Assembly: GCF_009914755.1 (NCBI RefSeq)
Contig: NC_060932.1
Direction: 5' to 3' (one strand)
Source of the DNA: the human T2T-CHM13v2.0 reference genome, Homo sapiens
Length of the DNA: 64,000 bases
The notes under the pieces were generated by a model that made no database searches, was not told the DNA's origin, and saw only the letters and a list, made by a program, of their open reading frames with translations. Below, piece by piece: positions 38,493-55,263 of the stretch (within the stretch, counting starts at the first letter, position 1; each line of letters begins with the position of its first letter). The position numbers were made by a program, and so were the translations under genes.

Positions 38493-38990
38493 GACCAGTA
38501 ATATTGACTTCACCAGGGAACTTGTTAGAAATGGAAACCTACAGAATCAGAAGCTCTGGGGTTGTGGTGCACTGGTCTTAGTTTTGTTCTGTTTTGTTTT
38601 GTTTTTGTTTTTGTTTTCGTTTTTGAGATGGAGTTCCACTCTTGTTGCCCAGGCTGCAGCGCAATGGCATGATCTTGGCTCACAGCAACCTCCAGCTCCC
38701 AGGTTCAAGCAATTCTCCTGCCTCAGCCTCCTGAATAGCTGAGATTATGGGCATGCACCACCACACCCAGCTAATTTTGTATTATTATTATTATTTTTTT
38801 TTTTAGTAGAGATGGGGTTTCTCCATGTTGATCAGGCTGGTCTTGAACTCCCAACCTCAGGTGATCTGCCTGCCTCGGCCTCCCAAAGTGCTGGGATTAC
38901 AGGCATGAGCCACTGTGCATTTGGCCTGGTCTTAGTTTTTAACAAGTCCTCTAGAGAGTTGAGATGCACACTTGAGTTTGAGAACCATTG
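38493..38990. mobile_element. MER5 MITE interrupted by an antisense AluSp/Sq (about 38581-38925)
   Basis: Alu TSD ctggtcttagttt; MER5 end agtttgagaaccattg. Confidence 0.82.
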
Positions 38991-39661
38991 AACTAGCCCT
39001 TTCAGGGACAAGCTATGAGACTGTGGTTCTGAGCCCTCAAGGGACCCAAGGACACATTTTGAAGAAAATTCAGTTACTTGGGCTGCCAGGACTTGGTGTT
39101 TTCAACTCAGAATTACAGCTTTCTTGGAACCTCCAACAACATTTTGAACCTTTGTGGCGTTTTTGTACATGTGCAGGTGTTGTGGAAACTACCCATTTGT
39201 TTTGAAGGGAAAGAATCCAGTTTAGCACACAATTCTCCATGGAACTTCCAGGCTTCCCTTTAAATTGATTGTGATGCTTGGATAGATATTGACACCATGA
39301 CTAAGACCCATAATAAAGGCCCAATCCAAGGAGGCTCTGCTACTTCCAAAGATCTCCAAAGGAAGAGAGTTCTCAGAGTGCGAGTCTTGTGTGAATTTCC
39401 CTCCCTTCAAAGGTGCCTTAATTAATATCCTCCTCCATGGCAGGGTCTAAGCCTGGCCCCTCTTTTCAGCAGGTGAAGATTATTGGGTCACATTCTCCCT
39501 GCAGTAAGTTCAGACATGAAGGGTCGGGCAGGTGTGGCTCTTGGAGAGGGCCTGCCTGGGTCTTGGGAATGCTCCCCCTTGTCCTCCTTCCTGGGATCTG
39601 CAGATCCATCATCTACTGCCCCAACCCAGGGCTATATGCTAAACCACAGGAGCCTTCATGA

Positions 39662-40128
<467 letters not shown>

Positions 40129-42075
40129 CTACCCAGCCTGGGGCTGGACATGAGTGAGGGCTGATGGAGGGGTGGGGAGAGCCTGTACATGCAGCCAGCA
40201 CACGTCGGGAGTTCCCAAGTGCTGGATCCTTCATTACATCATTTCCTTAAATTCTTACAGCTGCCCAACGAGGTGGATATTGGTTGCACCTCTGTATATT
40301 TTTTTCTTTTTCTAAATTATGAAAGATTTCAAACTCTCAGTGCTCCCATGTTCTCATCTATGCAATGGGTATGATGCTTCTTGATCCTTTCTCAAAAACT
40401 TGTTCTGAAAATCAAATCACACCAAGTGACAAAGTGCTCTGGAAATGTTAGGTTTCATATAGATCTTATCGCTGAACCCTCAAAGGCTCACTTTCTGGGG
40501 CCTCTGTTTTGAGACACTCACCCTGGACTCACCCAGCCCTCAGCGTTATGCATGGGTATGTCAGAACGTTGGTTTCTTGCCAGGCTACTGGTATTTGTGG
40601 GTGCCTCCTCCCCTAAAATCATTAGACTTGTGAGGCGGCAAGGATGAGTTGTGTGTGCAGGCACTCAGGGACGAGTCACAGCCTGGCAAGCTGGCCTGGA
40701 CAGGATGACTTCACGGGCCTTTCCCACTTCTCATTTTTATGACTAGCTTTACTGTTTCATTTTGGCTTTCTCTCTCTTTCTTGCAGCTGTGGTGATTAGG
40801 ATTTAGGGCAAGCATTTGGGATCCCTTTTCTAATCCCTTTCAAATCCTGATTCAGCTGCAAAGTCCGGGAAGGGAGTAGAGAATGGGGGAGGAGGGACTC
40901 ACCCTGGTGAAAGGCAGTAGCTCAGAATATCCGAGAAACTCCCAACAGGAATGCCCAGCCTCCACCCACTAAAGCTGGAGACCTCTCATCTCATCCAATA
41001 TCACCCTCGTACTAGAAACGCAAAAGGGATGAGTTTGTCTATGGACTCAAACCTTTACAGTCTTCTTGCTTAGAAGCTTAAGGCATAATTATGGTAGTCA
41101 TGGTGGTAAGGGACTTAACATTTGCCTTTTTCCAATTTAACTGTGTCCTTTGTTGAAATATTTCTTAGTCAGGTCCCCTTTTCTCTATTTCCACTACTGT
41201 CCTAGGATTAGATCTGAGTCCCCCTCTCAATGAGATTAGTCCAGAAATTATGTATACCATCCATCTTGCAAACCACTGCCAGACTCTGTTGACTTTTCAT
41301 TATGTAACTTCCCTATGGGAGAGGTGAGTTACATAATATGATGCTAAGATGCCCCTCACTGGTGGCATCATGTACATATTTCTCAGTCTGAAAGGAAAGG
41401 TCTTTTTAAACTGGCTTCAGGCCATCTGTCCAACTAATTCCTGCCTGCAACTCCTAGTATACCCTCTACTACAAGGTCTCATCACTTATTCTGTTACCCA
41501 CCACATTCATTCCGTCTTGGGCTTTGGTTCATGTGATCCACTCCATGTGCTCCTTCTCTCTAATCCAAACACCATGCATCTATAAGGTCAGCTCACGTCC
41601 CATTTCCTTGACCCCAGCCCATTCATATCCCTATTCTCTTAGCAGCTATTGTCAGGATGACACAGTTTTCATGCCAGTTATTCTTTCATGGTTTTATTAG
41701 TTAATTCTCCCCAGGTAGATTAGAAGCTCCTTAACTTTGGACCCTGTCCTAAGCTTCTGTTATATTCTCTGCAGTGCCCAGCCAAGCTTATGTGTCATGC
41801 AGTAAAGAATAAAATAATTTTGACCCTGATCAGGTGTTTGGTTACATAAAAACTGCATTGGCAACTTTCTAGAAACTAATATATTCATTTATCTTGCAAA
41901 AAGGATTGCTATCTGATTATAGCCAGTAGTCATGATCTTCCAGCCATGCACAAATATACCCTTATAACTTTCATGAGTGGGGAGGAAAATTGATGAAGGA
42001 GGTTTCAAAGGTGATCATCAGCCCCAGGATTTCCAACAATAGCCAGTCTGCCCTGGGTCCTTAACTCTCTTTTAA

Positions 42076-42376
<301 letters not shown>

Positions 42377-42413
42377 TCTCTTCTAATGTATTTGACCTCT
42401 CCTCTTTCCCCAG

Positions 42414-42983
42414 AGAGTTCCTGTGAGAACAAGCGGGCAGACCTGGTTTTCATCATTGACAGCTCTCGCAGTGTCAACACCCATGACTATGCAAAGGTCA
42501 AGGAGTTCATCGTGGACATCTTGCAATTCTTGGACATTGGTCCTGATGTCACCCGAGTGGGCCTGCTCCAATATGGCAGCACTGTCAAGAATGAGTTCTC
42601 CCTCAAGACCTTCAAGAGGAAGTCCGAGGTGGAGCGTGCTGTCAAGAGGATGCGGCATCTGTCCACGGGCACCATGACCGGGCTGGCCATCCAGTATGCC
42701 CTGAACATCGCATTCTCAGAAGCAGAGGGGGCCCGGCCCCTGAGGGAGAATGTGCCACGGGTCATAATGATCGTGACAGATGGGAGACCTCAGGACTCCG
42801 TGGCCGAGGTGGCTGCTAAGGCACGGGACACGGGCATCCTAATCTTTGCCATTGGTGTGGGCCAGGTAGACTTCAACACCTTGAAGTCCATTGGGAGTGA
42901 GCCCCATGAGGACCATGTCTTCCTTGTGGCCAATTTCAGCCAGATTGAGACGCTGACCTCCGTGTTCCAGAAGAAGTTGTGCA
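42414..42983 (+). CDS. MATN2: Matrilin-2 coding exon, vWF-A domain 1 (570 nt, phase 1-1)
   Basis: Acceptor ctctttccccag|AG, donor TGCA|gtaagt. Translation (E)[20 protein letters not shown]...TGTMTG...[10 protein letters not shown]...FQKKLC has MIDAS DxSxS/T/D, flanking Cys and an NFS sequon. Recognised as matrilin-2. Lies within ORF 42386..43228. Confidence 0.97.
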
Positions 42984-43160
42984 GTAAGTCCTGCTCCTTT
43001 GTCACTCTTCTAGAGGAACCACTAGAATTCATTCATTCATCTTCAAGTGTTCATTCTGTGTTACTATGTCCCAGGTACTGTGCTGGCAATAGGTTTTCAA
43101 CAAAGGCCAAGATAAACACAACGTGCTCCAGGGGCTTACACTTTGGCCAAGAGACACATG

Positions 43161-43456
43161 TTTTTATTTATTTATCTTTTAGAGACAGGTTCATGCTCTG
43201 TCACCCAGGCTGTAGTGCAGTGGCATGATCACAGCTCACTGTAACCTCAAACTCCTGGGCTTAGGTGATCCTCTTGCCTTAGCCTCATGAGTAGCTGGGA
43301 CTACAGGTGTGCACCACCATGCCTGGCTTATTTTTTAACTATTTGTAGAGACAACGTTTCGCCATGTTGCCCAGGCTGATCTGAAACTCCTGGCTTCAAG
43401 CGATCCTCCTGCCTCAACCTCCCAAAGTGCTGGGATTATAGGCATGAGCACCCAGC
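43161..43456 (-). mobile_element. AluJ
   Basis: Antisense dimer; explains the tail of ORF 42386..43228. Confidence 0.9.
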
Positions 43457-44292
43457 TAAGACAGACATTAAATATATAATTATACAAATAAGTAACTATA
43501 GTTGTCACAGTGTAATGGAGGAAGAATTCAGGACATGAAGGAGTGTGCAACCCCAGGACCTTATCTAGGCCTGGATGCTCAGGGAGATTGCCCTGGGGAA
43601 GGGACACGTAAGCCCAAACCACAGAATGAGGAAGAGTAGATAGACAGAGTTTTTCTTCAGCACATGGAGCTGCCCTGGAATTCCCTAAGTTGGAATTCAT
43701 GAGTTGGAGTACGGATAGGAATGGAAGGGCAGAAAAAGTAACATAATCTCTCCTTGGATGGTGTGGAATACCAAGGCATTTTTGCCCCATGGTGGTGCTG
43801 GCAGGGGATGTTTTCTCAGCTGACAAAGAGGTCCAGCGTATACAGAGGACCAAGGTGTGGTCCTGGCAGCTCCCCACCTGTTAAGATTGTAGGGGCCACT
43901 CCTCACCTGCCAACTCTTTCTGCAGGAAGATGCCTCTCGGAGCCCCTGAGCTGCATTCTTCTATGTTGGAAGCTTTCTTTCCTCTTTTGCTTTCTAACCC
44001 TCTTTTCACAGGGCTTCTCTCTCCCTTCCTTCCCACGCACTTTCCAGTTATCTCTACCCCTGCTGCTGCCCCCACTCTTCTCAGCAGGTCAGCCTGCATT
44101 CTCCCCAGTTTCCTGCCTCTGCGGCTGCCTTTTTGTTCCTTCCTCCTCCGGGAGGGCAGGGGGCCAGCCGCCCAATCCAGGAAACTCGCATCCTGATTTG
44201 GTAAACAATGTCCCACCCTGACTTGTCCATTCCCAGTGGTCCCTGTCCCCTCCAGCTACCATGAATCTTTGGTGGGGAAATAAAGGGAAATA

Positions 44293-44349
44293 ATCTATTT
44301 TTAAATATCTATTTGTAAATTATCTATATGTAAATATCTATTTGTAAAA
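44293..44349. repeat. 14-bp tandem repeat x4 (atctatttgtaaat)
   Basis: Directly visible. Confidence 0.8.
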
Positions 44350-45995
44350 TGTAAAATATCTTCCTAGAGCAGAGTGGAGAATGAGCTTTAGAGCCAGACT
44401 CAGCACCAACTCCCCAGGAGAGGGCACCCAGGAGGGGGTTCTCAGAATGTGACATATTCTAGACCTCTAAGATATAGCCCCCAGCGAAGAACAATGTGCT
44501 TTTGATGTGTATTAAACAAAATCCCCTGCTGAGAACTAACTTCAAAAAGCACAGAGATCTCATTTGTTCTTGACTCCAGAATCAAAAGATTTACTTAAGA
44601 AATCAATGCCATGAAGAAAAAAAGAACCTTTTTCCTTGCCATGCCACTTGGAAAGTGTTCAGAAGTGCCATTTCCCTGGCACTGCAGAGGCTGTGTTGTT
44701 GTGGTGTGTTGTGGCCTAAGTCAGCTGGAACACTTCAATCAGCAGAACACACTGCAAACATTTTCAAGGTTTATGACTTTAAATGACTTCTGCAGAATTT
44801 ATGTTTCCCCTTTCCTGAAAATATTAAAAGGGAAATTGGTTCTGTAACCATTTTGACAGCTTATTCATTTGTGTTGGAAAATTTTAATGGAGGGGTTCTT
44901 TTTATAAGCCTTCTGTATTTATCAGAAAATGGAAAGATAACATGATAAGGCTGAGGAGCTACACAATGGGACTGACCGCCCCCCTCCCCCCACCCCCGCA
45001 ATCCTGGTGTCGAATAGGATATACCAATGTGGACTTGTCTGTGGAAAAACCATCTCTGTGTGCTTTCTGGCAAGGCAGCAAAATGAAAAGGCAGTTTGGA
45101 CTTTTCCTCCCTTCATCTTCTTTGTTATAATCTGGAAGCTCTAAGAAAACATTAGCGTTATCCCGCTTGTTCCTGTGCCTGAGAAATGAATCCCCTGTGA
45201 GTCCCCCCATCCACTCTGCAGGAGACAGGGCTGCTGTCTCTCACTGCACTGCACTGCCCGGCTTTGCTCAGCAGACTCAGCAGCCGTCTTGAAAGGCTGA
45301 AGAGGCCCCAGGGCCTCTTTATCAACTTCATGGTAAAGACTGTAGTAACTAACATTTATAAAGCACTTTCCCTTATGTTATCGCAGAAAGCCCCAGGAGG
45401 CAGGCAGCACACTCTTGCCACTCTCTTTTTACAGGTTAAGGAACTTGCTAAGTGAATCACCTGAAAAACAAATAGCCAAGAGATAGTTGGATGCTAATTC
45501 CAAACCTCTTGCTCATTTCACTCCTCTGCATGTTGGGAATTACAAATTCCTCTTTTAAGGTAAACCATTTTCTGGTGGCCACCTCCACAGTCCAGCCTGG
45601 CCAGGTAAACCTACTTTGCAATTGGCATTCACCTAAAATAGGTGAAACTCTGAAGGCAGCCTTCGTAGGAGGAAGAGGAGCTGACTCTAGTTGTACAATC
45701 TTGAGCAAATCCTTTGTGCTCTCTGAGCCTCAGTTGCCTCATCTGTAAAATGGGGATTTTATATGCAGAAAGTAGATGAGTGAACAGGTGTTGTAAATGG
45801 TAGAGCCCTATTCAGTGTGCACTGTGTTATGTATTATTACAATCAAATACACTGAGGACCGATGGGCTAGGCAGATGGCCTCAGTTTTGATCTGCACTCA
45901 AATGATCAGACAAAAATGGTGAGCATTTTCCAAGTTGCAGATGACATCTCTGAGGTTTGGGAAGTCTCATTTGTTCCTTAAACATTCATTGAACC

Positions 45996-46444
45996 TGTAA
46001 ACCAAAAAGTATCTGAGACAAGTCCCAATCAATGTAAAAGTTTATTTTGCCAAGGTTAAGGACATGCCTGGAGAAAAGGAACACAAAATCACAGGAACAA
46101 TCTGTGGTCTGTGCCTTTTTCCAAAGATGATTTTGAGGGCTTCAGTATTTAAAAGGGAGAGAGGGAGGGCATGGTCACATTACTGAATCCACATGTTGCA
46201 AGAGAAAAGGAGCAGGTAGGGGAACAGTCAATCATGTATTCCTCTAGTGCTCAGTAAATCAACACTTTACATAAGATAAGGTGAACATAGAGTAGCTACT
46301 TATGCAGATATTTAACATTTTATCTGTAGCTATCTGCTTAGGAACAAAAGCAAAGGCAGTTTCTTGCATTACTCAGCTTTTAGCTTAATTTTTTTCCTTT
46401 TGGCATAGTGATTTGGGATCCTGAGATTTTATTTTCCTTTCACA
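45996..46444 (-). mobile_element. ERV1 solo LTR (MER4A-like)
   Basis: tgtaaaccaaaaagtatctgagaca...tttattttcctttcaca; TG...CA ends; TSD aacc / aact. Confidence 0.85.
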
Positions 46445-46550
46445 AACTGTACCCCAATAATAGCTAATCTTGTCCTGTGCTAGGTACTTTCAAATACAGT
46501 ATTCCACTTAATACTTAAAATAGCCGTTTGAGATAGGTACTATCATTATC

Positions 46551-47248
46551 TTTTTTTTTTCTTTCTAAGAGATAAGGTCTCACTATGTTGTCCAGGCTGG
46601 CCTCGAACTCCTGGGCTCAAGCAACCCTCTCACATCAGCCTCCCAAGTAGCTGGGACTACATGTCACTATACCTGGCTCTATTATCCCTATTTTACAGAA
46701 CTGGAAATTGTCAGGGTCTGCCTGGGGGCTCCAGGAGAGCTTTAAAGATGAGGTGATACTAATAATCACTAACATTTCTTGATATTAATGTATGCATGTG
46801 TTGTTTCAGGCTATTAGTGTATGTTAACTCACTTTATTCACACAACAAACCTGTCAAGTAGATGCTCTTATAGTTCCCATTTTATGGAAGAGGAAATTGA
46901 GAACCAAAGAGGTTAAATAACTTGTCCAAGGTCACAAACCTGTAAGTGCTGGAGCTTGTTTTTTTGTTTTTATTTGTTTGTTTTATTTTGTTTTTTGAGA
47001 TAGGGTCTCACTCTGTCACCCAGGCTAGAGTGCAGTGGCATGATCATAGCTCACTACCGCCTCAAAGTTCCATCCCAGCTTGGACTACAGGTGTGCGCCG
47101 CCATGACTGAATAATTTTTACTTTTTAAAAAAGAAACAATGTCTTACTATGTTGCCTAGGCTGGTCTTGAACTCCTGGGCTCAAGCAGCTCTCCTGCCTC
47201 TGCCTCCCAAAGTGCTGGGACTACAGACATGAGCCACTGTGCCTGGCC
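46551..47248 (-). mobile_element. Alu monomer-length fragment (46551-46677) and AluJ (46957-47248), each inside a MIR
   Basis: AluJ TSD cctgtaagtg; internal deletion in the AluJ. Confidence 0.82.
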
Positions 47249-49026
47249 TGTAAGTGGTAGAGTTGAGACGTGAGCCTAGGCATTCTGCAGGCAGAACTGA
47301 AAATCAATGCTACATCTGCAGATTGGGACAGGTTCTGTCTGGGTGTGATCAAGGCAGGACCTTTATCATACAGTGAGGAATTGATTAGACTCTGCAGCCA
47401 GACCTCGCTGGGTGAGAGTCCTGGCTTTTTTCTCTTTGGCTGTCTGGCTGTACAATCTTGAGCACAGTGGAGGCTTTATACTTGCAGGCAGGGACTTCCC
47501 ATACCAGCCACAGCAAGGGGAATCCTGAGGTTGCATTCTCAGGCCACCCTTGAGACCACCAGGGAGAGGCCAGGTGCCCTGTGAATTGAGGTCCTGTCTA
47601 CAAGATGACCAAACCCCACACATCCTGGAGTCTGCCATTTTTGCCACCCAGTAAGAGAAAACATGGAATCTATGGGCTGAAAACGCTGTCCCCAGTGTTC
47701 TGGTGATTCTTGCCACCTGGGCGAGATTGCTTTTAATTAACCTCTAGGTGCTGACTTTATCAGCCTCATCTGGTATTTTGGAGCAGGGAGCCAGGCTGTT
47801 CCTACCCTAATAGCCCCACCCCACCCAGGCCAGGCACAATTTAAGGCCCTAATAGTATTCCTAGGACACACCCTTCATGAACTGGCCTGGGCAGTCTACA
47901 CTGATGGCACCCCTTTGAGGTCCTGATGTGAAGTGGGGAGGCTGGACTGACTTCACAAACGTTGAGTCTACTGTGCCCAGTAATACAAGACCTCCAGCCC
48001 ACCTCCCTACACTGACCACTCCTTTAGTCATTCATACAATCATTAAAAAAAGGACTGTTCTTATTTCCTAGTCAACAAATCCAATCCCACCAATGACTTA
48101 GGCTGCTGATTAGTTATTCCTCCCCGCTGAACACAAGGCCTTGGCTGAGTGTAAACCCAGAGGGCCTTCTGAGAAATGAGGCTCATAGGACTGTTTCCAG
48201 CAGGCTGGTGGAGGAGGCAAGGCTGTGGTCTCCCCTTGGCTCTCACCGCAAAGGCCCATCCCACAGAGGGCAAGGCATGAGGCCTGGATGCTCTGAAAGT
48301 CACTCAGCACTCACCCACAGCATTCTACAGATGGGAAAGTTTTATTCTAGTTTAGTCAAGGTGTTTGAGATTCTTTTGGTTGAAAGTGTCAGGAATTCCA
48401 TTTTTTTCTAAAAGGAGGGGGGAGTGCATTATATTATCCATGGAAATAAGGATGGCAGTTGTGAGAGTCCTGCTTTCACTGCATCTCCCCTCCACTCCTC
48501 TCCTTCTCCAGTCCACAGTCAGGAAGCATGGCCCCACCAGCCCCTGAGGCTCACTTGTTCTCAGTTTGAGCCTCCTTTTATTCAGTTCTGGTTCCTAAAT
48601 GCCAGTAAAGGACTCTGATTGTCAAACCCTGTACCAACCAACAGTGGCCAGGAGTGAGACTACCTCAGACCACCACGGCAGCTCCCCGATGCAAGGTGTC
48701 TGGAGTGAGAAGGAAGGGCAGTTTCTAGAAAAACCAGGTACCAGATTAAATAATAGGTGTCTGTACTGAGGTCCCTAGAGGCTGTCCATGCCTTTACTCT
48801 ACAGGTAAAGAAATAGCCTACAAGAGCTACCTGATTTCCCAGAACTTCCCTCACTTGTTCGAGGTAGAGGGGAACTAGAGCACAGTCTTCTAGCTCCCAA
48901 TCCAGTGCCTTTTCCATTACACCAAGTTATAATCTTTTTTAGTTCCAGTTTCTCTTATGGCACATGGCCAAAATAAGCCTTAGTAACAAGCTGTCATTCT
49001 GAAACCCAATGCAATAGTTCTTTTAA

Positions 49027-49340
<314 letters not shown>

Positions 49341-50137
49341 TAATTTCCGCAATTGATAGGTGAAGAAAGTGGAGTTCAGAGAAACCAAGTCATTTGCACA
49401 AGGTCATAGGGAGTGGCGAAGCTGAGCCTTCAGGTGGTCTATTTCCGGTAGCCATCCTCTCCCCACGATGCTGCCTGCTGCCCGCCAGATATTTTCTCTG
49501 CCTCACATCTCCTGTCTTCTTATTTTGTCTGTTAGGGTCTCACCAAGAAGACAGGCACCAGGTACATCACTTGGGCCTCCCACTCATGACAGTGGGTGAC
49601 TGCCGTGTAGTTGGTTGCCTACACACTACACTTCCTTAATTATGGAGAGAGACAGTGACATGCTGTGAGTGCCTTAGAAATGTCCTCTGCCCGTGGGTAA
49701 TTTGACTCCAGCAGTCCAGGAAAAGAAGAGAGTCTTTCAGGATGCAAAGCAAATGCAAATTAAAAGTGGGATAATGATTACCCCTCACCATACGATTGTC
49801 AAAACTTGAAGTTTGATAACACCAAGTACTGAAGTTTTGAGGGGATGGGAATCGTTAGGACCATCGTTGCTGACATGAGCTGTCTTGGAAGGCAATCAGG
49901 CCATATCTGTTTAAAGTGAGACCCAGTCCTAGAGAAAACATCGTACATGAATTCAAGGGGACGTGTTCAGGAATGTTCATCACAACACTGTGAAAGTGAA
50001 AACTTGGAAACCACCCAAATGCTTACCAATGGGGAAATGGCCAAATAAAATGAGGAAAGTCATATGACCAATGGATAAAACAATTGGGAGGGATAAACTA
50101 GATCTAAGGTTTTGATTAAATCTTTAAATCTAAAATA

Positions 50138-51279
<1,142 letters not shown>

Positions 51280-51618
51280 AACATGTCTTCACAGTTTGAT
51301 ATCTCTGAAACTGGGGTGCATTTTAGATTCCATGAAATACAGTACATGTATCAACATTGATAGAATCTGTGATTAACGTTGAGTGAAAACTGAGGTGAAG
51401 GTCAATGTATATAGGATGAACCTACAGATGTAAAATAAGACAAAATGCCACCATAATTCTCCTTTGCTATAAAATGGTTAGCAGGTATCTTCAGCATTCC
51501 CCAGGCACTATTCTCAACACTCTACCATCTCCATTAATTTAACCTTTTTGAGGTTCTTATGAGGTAGGTGCTATTTTTATTCTCATGTCTTATAAAGAAG
51601 TTAAGAAAATTGCACAAA

Positions 51619-51790
51619 GGGCTGGGTGTGGTGGCTCATGTCTGTGATCCTAACACTTTGGGAGGCTGATGTAGGAGAATCGCTTCAGCTCAGGAGTTTG
51701 AGACCAGCCTGGGCAACATAGTAAGACATCATCTCTATTTTTAAAAATGAGAAAACTTCTATTTTATTTAAAAATAATGATAACAATAAA
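51619..51790 (+). mobile_element. FLAM inside a MIR
   Basis: TSD aagaaa(a/c)ttg(c/t)acaa. Confidence 0.82.
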
Positions 51791-52288
51791 AGAAACTTGT
51801 ACAAGGTCACAAAAAAAGCTGTTTGTTTCACCCTGAAGTAAAAATGACTGATTGGATCTACAAACTTTCCTAGTGATATTTGTATCCTAACAGGAACCAA
51901 AACACAGACAATCAAACTCAGAACAGTACATTCTAAATTGTATTGTTGTGAAATGAAACAGCTTTACTTCCCTAGTTCATTTATTGCCCACCATATTTCT
52001 TACTCCAATGTAAAGAGACATAAACTTCAGATGGATTTAATCACAGCTGAGTTTTCACAAGTGCTGGATTAATGGAATTGTTCTAAGCTTTTGAGAGCTC
52101 CTTTTATTTTAGCTTCATAAAAATATATTTCTACATATAGACATCTTTTTTGTTTATGAGAACACTTGCATAACTTGTTATGTTTGTACTGTTGCTTGTT
52201 AATTTTAAATACAATCAAGTTACATTGAGTAAAGTCATAAATTAGGACATTAAAAAAAGAGAATTTTTATGAGCTACAGACAGACTTA

Positions 52289-52670
<382 letters not shown>

Positions 52671-53240
52671 CTAAATAGGTATCTTAAATTGAGACATAAA
52701 GATTACAGAAACATGAAACGTGTGAGTGCATTTTTTACTCCAAAATTGTGTGTATACTTTTGCATATTAAAAATTTACGTTACTCTTGAAACATGATTTT
52801 GAGAAACTGTTGGTTCTTTAACACATTCTTGCTTATTTAATAGCTTTTCCTCCAGCCCCATTGCTGCTTCCTAAAAATCCACACTTAAGTCAAAGTCCCC
52901 TCTGATGCTGGCAAACTTTTCTGATTCCCCAGCCCACCACATGGGTATTATTAAGTTGAATTGGAAATTTCTTGCTTTTTTTTGTAGATCAAAACCAATC
53001 AAGTATCAGCAATTTCATATAGTTCAGCCTAACACTGTTTCTCTTTGATTTTCCATGGCCCTTTATCTGGCCCTGTCTTGTCCACCTTGGACTGTGAGCC
53101 CCCTTGAGGGTAGGGACTGCAGCTTATTTCTCTGAGTCCTGCCCAGAGGAGAGAGTAGGCACTGAATAAATGCTTGCTGGCTGGAATGGAGTGAGAAAGG
53201 GCATCACTGTTGACTTACCTTCCTGTGTCTTCCCTTTCAG

Positions 53241-53363
53241 CGGCCCACATGTGCAGCACCCTGGAGCATAACTGTGCCCACTTCTGCATCAACATCCCTG
53301 GCTCATACGTCTGCAGGTGCAAACAAGGCTACATTCTCAACTCGGATCAGACGACTTGCAGAA
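53241..53363 (+). CDS. MATN2: Matrilin-2 coding exon, EGF-like module 1 (123 nt, phase 1-1)
   Basis: Acceptor tcttccctttcag|CG, donor AGAA|gtaaga. (T)[40 protein letters not shown] has six Cys and CxNxxGSYxCxC. Joins in frame with the previous exon (A|CG = Thr). Confidence 0.96.
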
Positions 53364-54129
53364 GTAAGATTGCTTTGCTGATGTATTTGTGGTTTCTTCC
53401 TATTCCCTCATCCTCTCCCTTCTTTTATCTGGGCTCATTTTATTCATCTGTGATGCCTCACCCACCCCAGTTATCATCCCTTGGGGACAGAAATAAAGTT
53501 TGGTATTTTCTGTTGACCCCATCACAGTGCCTAGTCCAGAGCTGGGCACATAGTAGGCCATCAGGAAGAGTTGGAGAGATAGGTAGAAGCACCATCTCAG
53601 AAATAGCCTCTTTGGATGTGTGAACTGGTCTCCTTTACTTCCAAGCTTGTTCTTTAGCAGGGACTACTGAAGAGCCTTTTCATCCACTGTCTTTATTAAC
53701 TGTACCCTAAGGAACTGTTTCCATATTTTATTATCTTCTATAAAGTGTGGATTTAGGAAGAGTTGTTAACCTCGGCTGGGAGTGATTATTCAAGTTCTGT
53801 TTTAGAGGGGTGCAGGGACCCAGTTGCTTTGGTGTGGGACACTTTATAGGTGTCCTAGATTTTAAAAAGGGGGTAAACAGATGTAAGATATTAGAACTCG
53901 CATTCTCTTTTTTGGCTAAGTGCCAAAGACTAGACAGTATACTGATATTTGAGCCAGCACGAGGTAGTCTACCCCTTAAAGGACAGAATTACTCATACAC
54001 TGAGTACCGTGTCCTTACTTTTTAAAGTTATGGATAAAGCCACTGAGTTAACCTACAGATGACCAGGCTACCAAAAACAAGTCATGAGGAAGACCAGCCC
54101 ACATGGAAGCAAATAAAACTCAGCTAATC

Positions 54130-54278
54130 TGACACTTAGTTCGTGCAGTGCATAACTGTTGCCATGTGTAATTGTTGCAGTGTGTCATTGTTGCAATGTA
54201 TAATTGTTGTTATACCTCATGGCAAGCAATTAAGCATTAATGGAAAGCAGTTTGCACAAATGGCTGTAATTAGTGTCA
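54130..54278. repeat. Ancient-repeat-like element (MER131/MER121-like by recall) with four 16-bp subrepeats
   Basis: tgacact...agtgtca inverted ends; internal tgtgtaattgttgcag-type units. Confidence 0.5.
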
Positions 54279-54687
54279 CATTTATAGAGGCCAACCACCT
54301 TTTTCATGTTTCTTCTCACTGTTTTTCAGTTTTGGGGTTGAGTGGTTGGCTGGAGTTCTCCCTGCCCCTCAAGATTAGGTAACATCTACTTGACCCTCCG
54401 CTTCTGTGTGGCCTGTGGAAACCCAAAGCCCTCTGGACTCTGAATCGCAGGGGTGGGGTGGGCGGTATGTGTTCTTAGGCTCCTCTAAGACCCCAGGATC
54501 CCAAGTTGAGTGCAGCCTGAATCATCCTCATCTTCCAGTTGAAGATCTGACGCTTCCTCAAAATCCATAACAAAAACTCACTCCCACCGAATACTCATGG
54601 GTTTCATAGAGTTTCCTAAAGAACTGGGGGAGCCTGGGAAAGGTCATCTCACACACTGCTCAGCAAACAACCTAGAGATCTCTTTAG

Positions 54688-55263
<576 letters not shown>

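Noticed and set aside
40762-40786. Strong-looking splice acceptors here and at about 9438 and 28360
   Set aside because: No paired donor with a matrilin-like reading frame; cannot be supported as exons without RNA data.
42386-43228. 280-aa ORF as a single-exon protein
   Set aside because: Only 42414-42983 is exonic. The ATG lies in the branch-point region and the tail reads through the donor into intron and Alu.
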